NCBI RefSeq assembly: GCF_009914755.1
Contig: NC_060930.1
Direction: 5' to 3' (one strand)
Origin: the human T2T-CHM13v2.0 reference genome, Homo sapiens
Length of the DNA: 64,000 nt
Each line of letters starts with the position of its first letter. The stretch's first letter is position 1. Position numbers and translations under genes: made by a program. The notes under the pieces were generated by a model, which searched no databases, was not told where the DNA came from, and worked only from the letters and a program-made list of their open reading frames with translations. Shown one piece after another: positions 1 to 14,291 of the stretch.

Positions 1-229
1 ATAAATAAAATAAAATAAAGCAAATGTTTAATTAATTTAAAATAAATGCTTAAAAAACCAGCATACACAAGGTCCGCATGAGACTCACTGGTGGAATTTG
101 AGTTTAGCGTACCCCACTTAAAAATATTTCTAGGAGACGATTAAAGGATGTCATTCCTCTTTGTCTGTCACAGGTTTCTATATGCTGCAAGTGACAGACA
201 AGTCTACTGGAACTGACTTTAAGGGAAAG

Positions 230-484
230 CAGTTGTTCTCAACTTGGGCCTATTTGGCATCCTCGCTCCCCCTCCCCAGGGAACATGTGGCAACGTTTGG
301 AGCATTTTTGGTTGTCCCAACTGAGGAGGGGGCGCTACTGGCATCCAGTGGCTAGAGGCAGACGTGCTGCTCAACATCCAGCAGTGCACAGGACAGCTGC
401 TGTGACGAAGAGTGGCCCAGTCCAAATGTCAGAAGAAAGAATGGCCCAGTCCAAATGTCAGTAGAGCTGAGGTCGAGAGGCCTG
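230..484 (+). mobile_element. MER20 (hAT-Charlie MITE) with an internal 29-bp tandem duplication
   Basis: Begins CAGTTGTTCTCAAC, contains GCTACTGGCATCCAGTGG and TGCACAGGACAGC, ends GAGGCCTG, as in the recalled MER20 consensus. Confidence 0.8.
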
Positions 485-2154
485 ATGTGATGGCAGTGGC
501 AGCTCAGCATCCCTTTCCGAGGAGAAAGGAATTCCCTCCCGGTAGCTTCTCCAAAGGAAGAGCATGTTTCTGGTTTCCCAGAAGGCCCAGCAAATAGCCG
601 CCCAGCCTCACTGCCTCAGGAGGGTCTTGCTCACTGAAGCCACGCCACAGGGTGATATATGATTTAACTCAGCCATGGCCTGACGCTGGAGCTGGGGAGC
701 GGGAGGAGGGGGCCCCTAGAAAAAAACCGAGGTAGGCTCTCACCAAAAGAAAAGTGAGTGTATGGGTACTAGCAGAAAGAGAAAGAGAGAGGTTTCCTCT
801 CCTGACTGCAAAGCAGGGCTTCCGTGGGACTATGCAACAAAATGTCTTTTGCGTGTTTTCTTTGCACAGTCAAGGAAATACTGCAGAACCAAGTGAAAGC
901 CATGTTATGCCATTGGGATCCGATTGCTCCAGTGCCACCAGACTATGGGCCCCCTGATGGGCAGCCTGAGCTTTCAAGGGGTATCTGGGGCCCAGAGTAA
1001 CCCTGAGTATCCAGAGTAATCCATTGGAACTAGGATGGATGCAGGAGTGCCACACTTCCCAAAGAATCCCTCTGTAGAACCTCAAGTCCTGCATGTGTGT
1101 GAGCCCATGTGTGTCTGTGTGTGTTGGGGTGGTGATGGAGGGAAGTGCTTTGGTTTCACCTAAAACCCCCAAACCTTTAGGATAACAATTAGCAATCTGC
1201 TCTTTCCCTTTTCTATCCAACCCACCCCCATTAGGAATTACTGTACACAGTGAGAAATGATAGTAATAACTAATATCATTGCGTGCTTACTACGTGCCCG
1301 ACACCTTAAATGCAAATGGCCACAAGGCCCCTGTGGCAAACATATTTTTATTCCCTTAGAAGGTGAGACAACTGAAACCGAAAGTGGTTATCTGAGACTA
1401 GTGCGTGGCTCAAGGGAATGGCGTGGAGGCAGAGAAGACATGGTGAATTGTTGCTCTAAATCAGATTAGATCACTGTGGCTCACAAACACGGTCCTGCTC
1501 TAATGAAGCTCTGTCTGGATGTGTCCTGCTTCAGTTAAGGATGTAGAAGGGGACATGTGGCCTGCCACTCTCAGACTGGGGCTCCAAGAGCCAGCACCAG
1601 CACGTGATCTGCCTGCCCCCTCTGCCTCCTCCACAACGACTACCAGCATGGTGATATTCCAGAGAAAGCTGCGCCATCAGTCAACCTGCATCCCAGGGGC
1701 CTCAGGGGCAGAGCAAGAGCAGACCTGAAATGGATAAGAACTGTGGGCAAGTGAAGAGTCTTTGGTAGAGGAAACTGCTGAGATCTTGCAGCTGTTTGCC
1801 ATCCTAGAAGAGTGTAGTTATGCTGATAGATTCAGGGGACCTTGGGACTTTTGGCCTTAAAGATTTGGGTCCCTAGAGTTCGCAGCTGAGAGGAGTGCAT
1901 GGCAGAGTCTCCTTTGGTGCGCTGTTGTGCTAGCCATGGGACCCGTGTGCAGAGGATTTACAATGAAGCAGTGGTCGGGTGGGTCCCACCTTCCCACACC
2001 CCTGGGTTGCTGGGATTGGGGGAGTGGTGAGCATTGGAAGGAGGTACTCAGAGGGGAGAGGGCTTCAGCCTATAATCTGATATCTAGGTAGACATTTGCC
2101 CTATTGTGAAATAAATGAAGTAAGGATTTCTAGGATCTTTTATATGAAATAAAA

Positions 2155-2660
2155 TTAGGCCCAGATGGTTTCACTGGTCAAATTTTCTAAATGTTTAGGA
2201 GAGAAACAATAACAATGCTATACAAAGTTTTCCAGATGATAGAAAAAAGGGAACACTTTCTATTATGAGGCATCTACCCTGAATATCAAAATCTGACAAG
2301 GAAAAGACAGGAGAATCACAAGATGCTTAATTCCCTAATAAGATATTAGCAAACCAAATCAACTGGTGTATAAAAAGGATAGAACATCATGTTCAGATGT
2401 GGTTTATTCTAGGGATTCAGAGTGGTTTAACTTTTGAGAGTCGATGTAATTCTTTAGATTACTAGAACAAAAGGGGGAAATCGTATGCTCATCTTGATAG
2501 ATGAAGAAAAAAATTGGACAAAATTCAGCACTCCTTCATGATAAAAACTCCCAGCAAACTAGGAACAGAAAGGAACTTTCATAATCCAATAAAGAATATT
2601 TACAAAAAACCCACAGCAGCAAACATGATACTCAATGGCGAAACATTGAAAACTCTAGGG
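2155..2660 (+). mobile_element. Old L1M fragment (degenerate ORF2 RT region)
   Basis: GGCCCAGATGGTTTCACTGG (GPDGFTG) and downstream similarity to L1 ORF2; many stops and indels. Confidence 0.75.
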
Positions 2661-3086
2661 AAAGCTGAGGCTTTAAACAAACAGGTTTAAATGGAGTCCC
2701 CAGAAAAGCATGTGTACTTGTGACACATGGGTACGTATGCACACATATGAATGTTTCGGCTTCATAAATGCAGTGATAGTTTTCTTTCCAAAAAGACCCT
2801 GAAGACCAAGCCTTTGCTCGCTTCTGTGTTGATTGAAACACTGTTTGAAATGTTGAAATCTAAGGAAACTTTGGCTAAACTCACAAAAACAAAACCAAAC
2901 AGGCCAAAAAGAAATCAGATATCTGATCAGGACTCCATATTGTGAAGGTTTTTGTGGTCACACAAATAGTGCATTAGAATGAGTTCTCTCTGTGAAGTCT
3001 GATCTTTGAAACTTTAGTGGTGCCTTTGGTTCCTGAGCTCTCTTGAATAATGAAGAGGGTCTATAGAGCGTACATTTCATATGGGC

Positions 3087-4468
<1,382 letters not shown>

Positions 4469-4663
4469 TCTTAACGTGAATCTGGAATGGACTGTTAAGG
4501 TTCAGTTTCTTTTCTATTTTTAATTCAAGATGACCATTTTAATATCTTCTGCAAAATGATGCTATTATTCTGCCATTTCTCTCTATTCAAACCACCAGCA
4601 AGCTTTCCTGTAACCCTCTGATAGGTCATCTGGCCAGCGGCTGGCTCGAGGTATCATTAGGTC

Positions 4664-4884
4664 CAGGGTGGGCAAGCTGTAGCTTGTGGGCCAAACTCAG
4701 CCTACTACCGGTTTTTGTAAATAAAGCTTTATCAGAAGACAGCCATGTCTACTTATTCATATTTAGTCTATGGCTGCTTTCACACCACATCAGCCATCAG
4801 GTAAATGTGACAAAAGCCAAAAAGCCTGCAAAGTCTAAAGTATTTACTATCTGGCCCTTTACAGAAAAAGCTTACTGACCCCTG
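4664..4884 (+). mobile_element. MER58A-like hAT MITE
   Basis: CAGGG...TTTTTGTAAATAAAG...TATCTGGCCCTTTACAGAAAAAG...ACCCCTG. Confidence 0.75.
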
Positions 4885-5133
4885 ATTGACAGGATAAGCT
4901 CTATTCTTTTATTAGCTCATTGCAATTAAGGTAGTACTTTTTGACACTAATACCCTCATAAAGCCCAATGCAGAAGCAAGCATTGATTATATCAAGGGAC
5001 AGTACTTGGTAATGGGGTAGGCATTCAGATAACTCAGGATCGATTTACTGATTATAAATTATGTTTCTGGAGCAACTTAGACCACTTCACACTACTAGAT
5101 GCTAAGTATTTAGCACTGACATAAAGTTAGAGG

Positions 5134-5468
5134 TGCTATGGTGTGAAAATGTCCCCTCCAAAATAAAGGTGTTGCCAATGTGATAGTATAAAGAGGTGGG
5201 ACATTTAAGAGGTGATCAGGCCATGAAGGGTCCTCTTTCATGAATGGGATTAGGCACCCTTGTAAAAGGGCTTGATGGAGGGAGTCTGTGTCTTTTTGTT
5301 CCTTCTGCCTTCAGCTATGTGAAGATGCAGCAGGTAGGCCCTCACCACATGCTGGCACCTGGATCTTGGACTTCCCAGCCTCTGGAACTGTGACAAATAA
5401 ATTTCTGTTCTTCATAAATTATCTAGTCTCAGGTATTTTGTTGTAGCTGCACAAAGCAGATTAAGACA
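5134..5468 (+). mobile_element. MaLR solo LTR (MSTC/MSTD-like)
   Basis: TGCTATGG start, TTGGACTTCCCAGCCTC, AATAAATTTCTGTTCTT, TAAGACA end. Confidence 0.75.
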
Positions 5469-7734
5469 AAAGGGAATAATTGCTGGGGGACAGTTGTGAA
5501 TGGAAAAACACACTTACTCCCCTCACATAAGCTTAGCAGGATGGATGGCTTTACTTAAGTGAGGTGAGATGCGGCAGACATCATGGGATCCCACAATAGG
5601 GGAAGTCGGGAACAGAAGAAGCACCTGGGAAGAAATCATGTTTGAGCTGAGACTTTGCGTATGTGTAGGAGTTAGATAAGCCAAGAGGATAGGAGGAAAC
5701 TTCCAGGCAGGATACAGAGCAGGTGCCCAGGTACATTCTTAAAACTTTTGAGGAATGGAAAAATGAAGATGTCTATGGATACATTGGCCGCATACATCTG
5801 AGTGATTTGCACACTCTGACTTTCAGCTATTTATGTTTTTGGCCTGGGTTCCATGTTAGAATGTCGAGATAGCATCTCTGGGATAGTTCGTTGCTGGACA
5901 TTTATTGACATTAAATTCCATGTTTTCTTAGTACAGGAGAAGAAGTTTCGCTTTCCTACCCACCTTGTTCCTACACAGTCTCAAAAGTAAAAGCAGACAG
6001 ACCAGTCTGTATTTGCCAAACTCTTTCATGCTCTGAGCTTGTAATATATTGGCCTATTTCTTCTTTTCCCCAAAGAAGGAAACTTTGCTCTCATATTTCT
6101 TTTTATGGTGAGACAAACTCATACATATATATTTCACAGGAGTTAAAAAAATACCTAATTTCAAGTCTCAGAATATTCTTTAATGATACTTTCTCCTCTT
6201 TCCTCATCTAGACCAATTAGATACAAATGCCCTCAATGGAGTATGGAAAGAATATCTTATTCTGCAAAGGGTTTATTTTAGAAGGAATGTATTAAGAGTG
6301 AGATCTGTTGGGTTAAACCTGCTTAATGGCTGTGTGCATCCTTGCTCATGACAAACCAAGCACAGTCTCTTTCCTGGAGCTGGCACAAGAAGGTGCTGGG
6401 AGGTGGGTGTTTGCAAACCAGTTCACGTGAAATTACCTAATTTAATGAAGTCTGTGTTAAAGCATGGCTCCCCATGTCCCCATGGTAAGACAGTCCTGAA
6501 CCAGCTGGCTCTCTGTCCTGTGTGCGCTGGTATCCTTGATGGGAGCCTGTGGAAACTGGGTGCAGAGAGCATGATTTCAATTCCTGGCCTGGTTCCATGC
6601 AACCTGCTAAGGTCCTCTGGACAAGTCATTTTATACATTTGGGCCTGAGGTATTTGCACCAGATGATCACTAAAGTCCCTTCTGGCTGTAGCATTCTGTG
6701 AATGAATCTATTGAATTTGTTGAAAATCCCTAGACAGATGGAAATGGAGGTTGAAAGTTTATTTAGTACAGCATTTTATGGGGGAAATCAGCACAACTGC
6801 AAGCCCTCCTCGCACTGCTTGCTGCTGCCATTTAAGCTAGTCACCTGTTTAACAATAGTAATAATTTGATTTGATCTCAAGGACAATTGAGATTGAAGGA
6901 AGGTTGTGAATTTGAGTGCAGTGTCTAAAGGATGACATCCATGTTTGTGCCTCCTCCCCCCTCAAAGCTCTTGTCTGAAACACCACTGTTCCAGAACACC
7001 TGGGGCTTCTTTACCTGAGTATTATGCTATTCTCATTAAGCACAAGAACATGCAACAATTACGTAGAAGTGTGCGTGTGGGGAAAATTGAACACATTTCA
7101 CAAGGGAATGGTGAGGGAGTGGGTATACAAAGCCGGCTTTGAACCTGCAAACCCGGGCCAGCCAACATGTCACAGGTGAGAGCGTGTTAGTGAGAGGGTG
7201 ATGACAGTTCTGGGACCGTTAATTCATGGATCCTCAGATACACTCGGGCAATTGTTCTGGGTTTCCGGGAGGTGCGAGGGCGTTCCTCCTCCAGGGCGCG
7301 TGCAGGCCACGCTGAGCAGCCCTGCTGAACGTCTCCCGGTGTGCCGTCTCTCTGTTTCTCTGTTCCCCTTTCCGTCTTCTCTCTTATGTTCCTACTTGTC
7401 CTTTCTTCTTGACTTCCTCCTTTGTTCCAATGTGATGATTATGGACGAGTTAGAAAGAGGTAGTAAAACAAAATGAAGATAGTCTATTCGAATATTTGGC
7501 CGCCACCACTATAGCATAATATAAAATGCAGAAAAACCAGTTGGCAAGTTCTCGTTGATTTGTAGGCCGTATGACGCCCCAGGTGTCATCAGGGCAGGTG
7601 GAGAGTGTCTCCTGCATCGTGGAATAAGTATGAAGCTTTGGCTCTGGCAATGACCACAGGACGTGGCATAAAAATGAATTTTTTTGTGGGGTAGAAATCT
7701 TTCCTGTTTGTGCTAAGAGCATTTGTCCCTTGTT

Positions 7735-8950
7735 ATACACATAACACATATACAACCTCCCCTACACCCAACACACACACAGCACATCCAAATCCAACAC
7801 ACCACACACACATACACATATGTACACATCCAAAACACATTGACACCACACAGACTCCACACACCACACACACTCAACCCCTCCCCACAAACTCTAAACA
7901 TATAACTAACACACCACACAACACACACAAGCCTAATGCACCAGATAAGCATACATTTATGCACACACACACCCAATACATACACTACAGCCAAACCCAA
8001 CACACCACACACACATACACATATGCACACATGTACACATACCCAACACACACAGCCAACACACATAGACACCACACACCACACACACTCAACCCCCTCA
8101 CAAACTCCCAACATATACCCAACACACACATCACACATGTACACATATGCACACACCCCAAACACATTGACACCACACACCACACACACTCAACCTCTCC
8201 CCACACAGACTCCTAACATATACCCAACACACACACCACACAAACACAATGCACCACACAAACATACACATAAGCACACACACCCAACACATACACCACA
8301 CCCAAACCCAACATGCCTTACATACACACAGATATGCACACATGTTAACACACCCAATGCACATACACACCACGTATATATTTTACACACCACACACACT
8401 CAACATACCATACACACAAACCCCCAACATATACCCAACACACACCACACAATACACACAAACCCAACACACACAAATGCACACAACACACACGCACACA
8501 ACACACACATACACACATGCATACACACATGCAATACACATACACACCACACACACGCTCCACACGCAAACCTCCACTATATCCCCAACACATGCACCAC
8601 ACCACACACAAACTCAACACACCAAACACACATACACATATAAACACACATACCCACACCCAACACACACACACCCAGCACATATACACACCACACACCC
8701 TCTACACACCACACACAAACCTCCAAATATACCCAACACACACACCAACCCAATGCATTACACACACATATACAAATATACACACACTCAGCACACACAC
8801 CCAACACACGCTGACATCCCACACACTCCACAACAGACTGCACACACAACCCCCCCATATACACAACTAACACATACACACACACCATACCACATGTATC
8901 CACCACACATGTACACGTGTGCACACACACACCACACGTGTGTGCCCACT
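7735..8950. repeat. Degenerate CA-rich low-complexity tract with recurring submodules
   Basis: About 1.2 kb with almost no G on +; recurring CACACCACACACACTCAACC...CCCAACATATACCCAACACAC blocks. Confidence 0.9.
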
Positions 8951-9858
8951 CACAGCCGGATGGGGAAAAGCAGGCACAGCCAGTCAGGGGTGAGCAGCTG
9001 AAGAACCCTGATGGGAGCAGGTAGCCTGGAGGGACGTGGGGTTAACTCTTTCCAAATAAGGAGCTTTCCAAACTGCCATTTCCGTATTCTAAGGCTTGAC
9101 AGCTTTTGAAAGGATGAAAAGAGCGTGTATTTTCCAGAAATCCTTCATGTGACTATTTGCTTCATTTCAATGCCTCAGAACACCACCAACAAAAAACCCA
9201 CTCACACCCTTGCTGGTGGTTGCTACAGTGCAATTGGCTGCAGGCTTTTGTTTAGAAGTTTGCAGCAGTCCGGGAAGGAGGTTTTCTTCCTCCCGGAGCT
9301 GAGAAGGCCTGTCTTCAGCACCAACGTGTCTTCTGGCCTTGCCAATAAAGAAGTAAGAAGCCACTGTGAAAAAACCATCATTCTCAACAATAGGCCAATA
9401 AACGGTTGGCAGAAATGCCATGCGCGCCCCTCCGAGGACGGGGCAGCGTGTTTGAAGAGTCACCATGGTAGTGATATTTTATGAGCATGAGTCACTTGTC
9501 TGTTTTTCAGGGAGCGCTTTGCTCGGCCCATCTCTTTTAGTACATTTCCATTTGGTGTGGTTTGGCTGCTGAGTGCAGTGTGGCAGCAAGTTACTTAAAA
9601 ACATTTCACAAAAAGCCAGATTCCCCAACGCTGGCATACCTGTGGACCACATAGATGGCTGTAATTGCAAACAGCTGCCCACCCACCCACGGAACAGTGA
9701 GAGGTCATTTTAAAACATGTTAAAAATAGCCTGCCCCAGGAGAAGCTGGTTCATTTGTTGATTCAAAAATATTTGCCACCAAGAAGCGTGTTCTGAACAT
9801 ATACTCCAGTTAACATTTCAGAGGTTCACTCAGGACTAGTCCAAGGTTAACTTTAGTC

Positions 9859-10153
9859 CAGTTGCTCTGTGTATCCATGAATTCAACTAACCATGGATGA
9901 CAAATATTCAGAGAAAAAAACAATAAAAAATAACAACACAACAATAAAAACAACACAAATTAAAAGAATGCACTATAAAACCACTCATATAGCATTTACA
10001 TTATATTAGGTGTTATAAGGACTTGAGATGATTTGAAGTATACAGGAGGATGTGTGTAGGTTATATGCAAATACCATTTTATATCAAGGACATGAGCATC
10101 CATGCATTTTGGTAGCCAAGGGGGGCCCTGGGACCAATCCCTGGTGGATACCA
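9859..10153. mobile_element. MER2-family (TcMar-Tigger) MITE
   Basis: ATTCAACTAACCATGGAT, ATAGCATTTACATTATATTAGG, GAGCATCCATGCATTTTGGTA, CCAATCCC. Confidence 0.7.
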
Positions 10154-10439
10154 TAATTAATAATGATGATGATGGTGATAGCACATATTTATGGAGCACT
10201 TCCTCTGTGTGTGGTGCCCTCTCGGCATTGTGCATGCACTAAGAGCCCTCACACCCCATGAGCTGAGTACTGTCCTGCTTCACACCTGCATGGGAATTTC
10301 TGAGAGGTGCTAGGAAGGCTGTACAGTATAAAAATGTCTCCCTTCTCCATTTGACAAGTCGTGTTTGTTAGTTTAGAATTACCATAATAGTGTTCCTCAA
10401 CTAGTCTTTAAGGTGCCCTGAAAATAGAAAGAAAGTAGG

Positions 10440-10553
10440 AGACAGAGGGAAAAAGGGAGGAAGGAAAGAATCAGGGAAGGAGGAAAAGAAGGAAAGAAGG
10501 AAGGAAAGAGGGAAGGGAGGAAAGGAGGGAGAGAGGAAAGAGGAAGGAGAGAA
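10440..10553. repeat. GA-rich simple repeat
   Basis: GGAA/GAAA purine run. Confidence 0.8.
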
Positions 10554-11670
10554 AGTTCTAAAGTCAACTCAGTTTTTAAGGACTGTTAAACAGGTTTGTT
10601 TCTGTGGGACTTCTCAGAGCCTTTATTGTGACTTGGAGAAGGTTGGCATATGCAGTGTTTCCCAGACTTGACTTCTGATCCATTATTTCTAGGGCTGGTC
10701 TTGATGATTCCATGTTAGAATTGTCCCTGTGGGTGTTACACAGTGCCCTCAAGAGGAAGGCCTCTTTTAAATGCATGTGACCCTAGGGAATTCTTCACAC
10801 CTGTGAGGCAACTGGTTTCACTTACATTTTTTCTTCACAACGGTAGAGGTATGGGATACTTAGGTAAGATTGTCCCTCTCTTCTTGCAGTGTTTATGGAG
10901 CACCTACTCTCTGCTAGGGAACTTGGAGAAGATATACCTTAATAAGGTTTGTGCGTTTGTAGAGGTACTGAAAAAAATGGGCAGAGTTATGAAAAAAGAA
11001 TAAAAGGGCATTCCTGAGTCTTAGCGGATTTTTGTAAACATGTGCAAACTAACCAACAATCTAATAAGCCATACAGTTTTGCCAACCTATAAAGGGTTGG
11101 TATCACCAAAGCATAAATACAAAAGCCCATATAAAGTATTTTAATTGATCGGTGCTAAAAATATTATTAGAGAAGTTATCTGACCTGTTATATTAAGTTG
11201 ATAATAGTAATGACTAGGATGATAAATAAAAACAAATACATGGTAAACATAAATATATCATTTTATTTAATTTCCCAGTCACCTTCTGAGATAGGACAAG
11301 TAGTGAATTCATTTCACAAGTGACCTATCGCAAAGTTATTTACAAAAACCAGTTAGGATAGTTTATTTATAGTGTGTTAAAGAAGCATTGGGAAATCAGC
11401 TAACATAATTTGTACATCTGTGAGACTTAACAGCTTTTCCTAGACATTTGCTCAATGCCAGCACTGTCTTCTACAGGGCATGAGGCACATAAATAGAACC
11501 TAATGGGTGCAAGGGGCTGGCAGGGGGCTTTTGGCCCATTTTATTTGTTTGCTGACTTTACTGTACTCACATTAAAGATTACTGCTTTGACTGGTTCCTT
11601 AATTTTGAGATAACTGCATTAGATCTTAATTTAACTTTCTGCCTCAGTATATGTGTTTGCGATAGAACTT

Positions 11671-11672
<2 letters not shown>

Positions 11673-11702
<30 letters not shown>
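11673..11702. repeat. Poly(A) run of about 30 nt
   Basis: Uninterrupted A tract with no recognisable Alu or L1 body upstream. Confidence 0.9.
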
Positions 11703-11703
<1 letters not shown>

Positions 11704-13335
11704 AAGGCAAAACCAAACTGAAACAAACGAAAACGAGACAGGAAGATGTCACGGTGACTCAAGTACACGTCTCACGGTCCTGCCTGTAACAACAACAACA
11801 TAAAGTAGCTTCGAAATAAGTCATTATGAGTCGCAGGGGGAAATGAACTGACAGGAACTCATAGTGTTTTAGCTATAAAGAGGCTATGTTTCTGTCCATG
11901 GAGGGAACAGGATGTTTCTTTCCTCTTTTTCTCAGGTGATGTAAAAAAATAAATTTATATTTAAATGCTTATGCTTTAATTTGTCCTTTGGTCTTTTCTT
12001 GTTCAACCTCATTAAAAACAAGGGCAGAAAAATGACCAAGTTTTACAAACATGCAGTCACTCTAATAAAATCCGACATGTGATTCAAGCAGAGAAGGATT
12101 GATTGAGTGGAGACCTAGGCCCCAGCTTCCCCGCTGTATAGATTTGAGCGAGTTGCCTATCCTTGAAACTTCCATTTCCTTATCTAGAAAACAGTCCAGG
12201 CCTTGTCTACCTTGCAGGACGGCTGTGAAGAACAAATGGATAATTACTTAGTTGGTTAGTTAGTATCCTGCTCATTTCCAAAAAAATAAAGAGAAAGGTG
12301 TCAAGCGATTGCCTCAGTAGATGGGCTTGATTTTGAGACTAGAACTCACTGCAGACATGTAAAGCAGTATTACTCATCAAGTCCGTAGAAGGACAGAATG
12401 CTAAACAAGACTAGAATTTATACCTAGAGCCCTAGATACTGGAAAAGACAGCCCCATCACAAGTGGGCTTCACTCCTGCTGAAGTTCTTCATGATTTATC
12501 CAGTATTGCAGAAAAAAATAGATTATTTTGCATCTCAGGGGTCAGGAGGACTTGAGAATTTAGCACCACGGAAGAACTGCAGAATCACTAGTCTCTCAGT
12601 GCTGTGTGCTTAGAACCACACTGCTTTATCAAGGCATGGATCCTGATGCTTTTTAGTGTCCATCTTCCCTATTAAACTGCAGGAGTCACTGAGGCTGGGT
12701 CCAGGTCTGTTTTGCTCACTGTGGGGTCCCTGGAGCCTACTGTGGCTGGCACATGGTAGGCCTTCAATAGTACTCCTTGAATAAAAGACTAAATGATGGA
12801 GCGACCCAGCACATCTGCCCCTCCTGCTTCTCAATGGGCTGCACTGGAGTAAGGTAGCAGGCTCAATCAAGCAAGAGCTCACTACTAACTAAAAGGTGGG
12901 AGGGCGAGGCCCAGTGAGGTGGCCAGGCAAGTTAGACAGAGCCCCCACTCTGCATGTACCCCTGGCTGGATGCCCTTCCTGCACTCTGAGGAATGTACAT
13001 CTACTCTGGCCATGCTCGGTTGAACTGAAATTATAGTATCTTGTTCCACGCTTCAAACAGAACCAGTGTGAATGGCCTTCCCGATAGCTTTAGTCAGTGG
13101 AAAAACTGAGCAATGTGGCCCAGCTTGTGGCCAGTGAACCTTCAGCACAAGCACATCAAATAGATAAGACCCCAATTTTTGTCTACATGGCAAAAATGCA
13201 TTGGGATCCATACATCACACACGCAGGTATATGCCAGCGTGAATGGTTGAGACATGTTAAGGAATCAATTAAGTTAGGGACATAGCTGATGGAGCGAATG
13301 AGGTTCTGACACACACACACACAAAAACACAGCCA

Positions 13336-13624
13336 GGCCGGGTGCCGTGGCTCACGCCTGTAATCCCAGCACTTTGGGAGGCCGAGGCGGGCAGATCATG
13401 AGGTCAAGAGATCGAGACCATCCTAGCCAACATGGTGAAACCCCGTCTCTACTAAAAATACAAAAATTAGCTGGATGTGGTGGCGCCGGCCTGTAATCAC
13501 AGCTACTCGGGAGGGTGAGGCAGGAGAATAGCTTGAACTCAGGAGGCAGAGGCTGCAGTGAGCCAAGATCGTGCCATTGCACTCCAGCCTGGCAACAGAG
13601 TGAGACTCCGTCTCAAAAACAAAA
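13336..13624 (+). mobile_element. Alu (AluSc-like)
   Basis: GAGGTCAAGAGATCGAGACCATCC diagnostic; TSD CAAAAACACAGCCA at 13322-13335 and 13625-13638. Confidence 0.93.
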
Positions 13625-13974
13625 CAAAAACACAGCCAGAAAAGTGGTGACCGGCTCTCCTGATAAAACATTAGTGTGTGACAGACACATTGTTTTCTGA
13701 TTTGGAAAATAAGGACTATGGAAAGTAAGGGACGTGAGTGGGCAGGGGAACTAATATCATGACAATATTTCACTTTGAGCTAAAAAAGCTCCTAATTTCA
13801 CTAAATTTTTTCAGCATCTGCAATATCTAGGAATTATGCATAAATAGATATGCCTATCTAATTTGGGTAGGAAAAGTTTCCCCAAATTGAAGGAAAAGTA
13901 GATTTAAAATGTTTTCAAATAAAGAATTCAGATATTCTGCAGTTTCCAAAACCAAATTAAAGTGTCACAAAGGA

Positions 13975-14291
<317 letters not shown>

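Noticed and set aside
320-340. CTCF-like AGGGGGCGCT in MER20 (and GCCAGGGGGCAC near 63655)
   Set aside because: Only the 3' half of the motif matches; not supportable without a matrix scan or ChIP data
7710-9001. Many long His/Thr- and Val/Cys-rich ORFs on both strands
   Set aside because: Artefacts of a CA-rich tract that rarely contains stop codons
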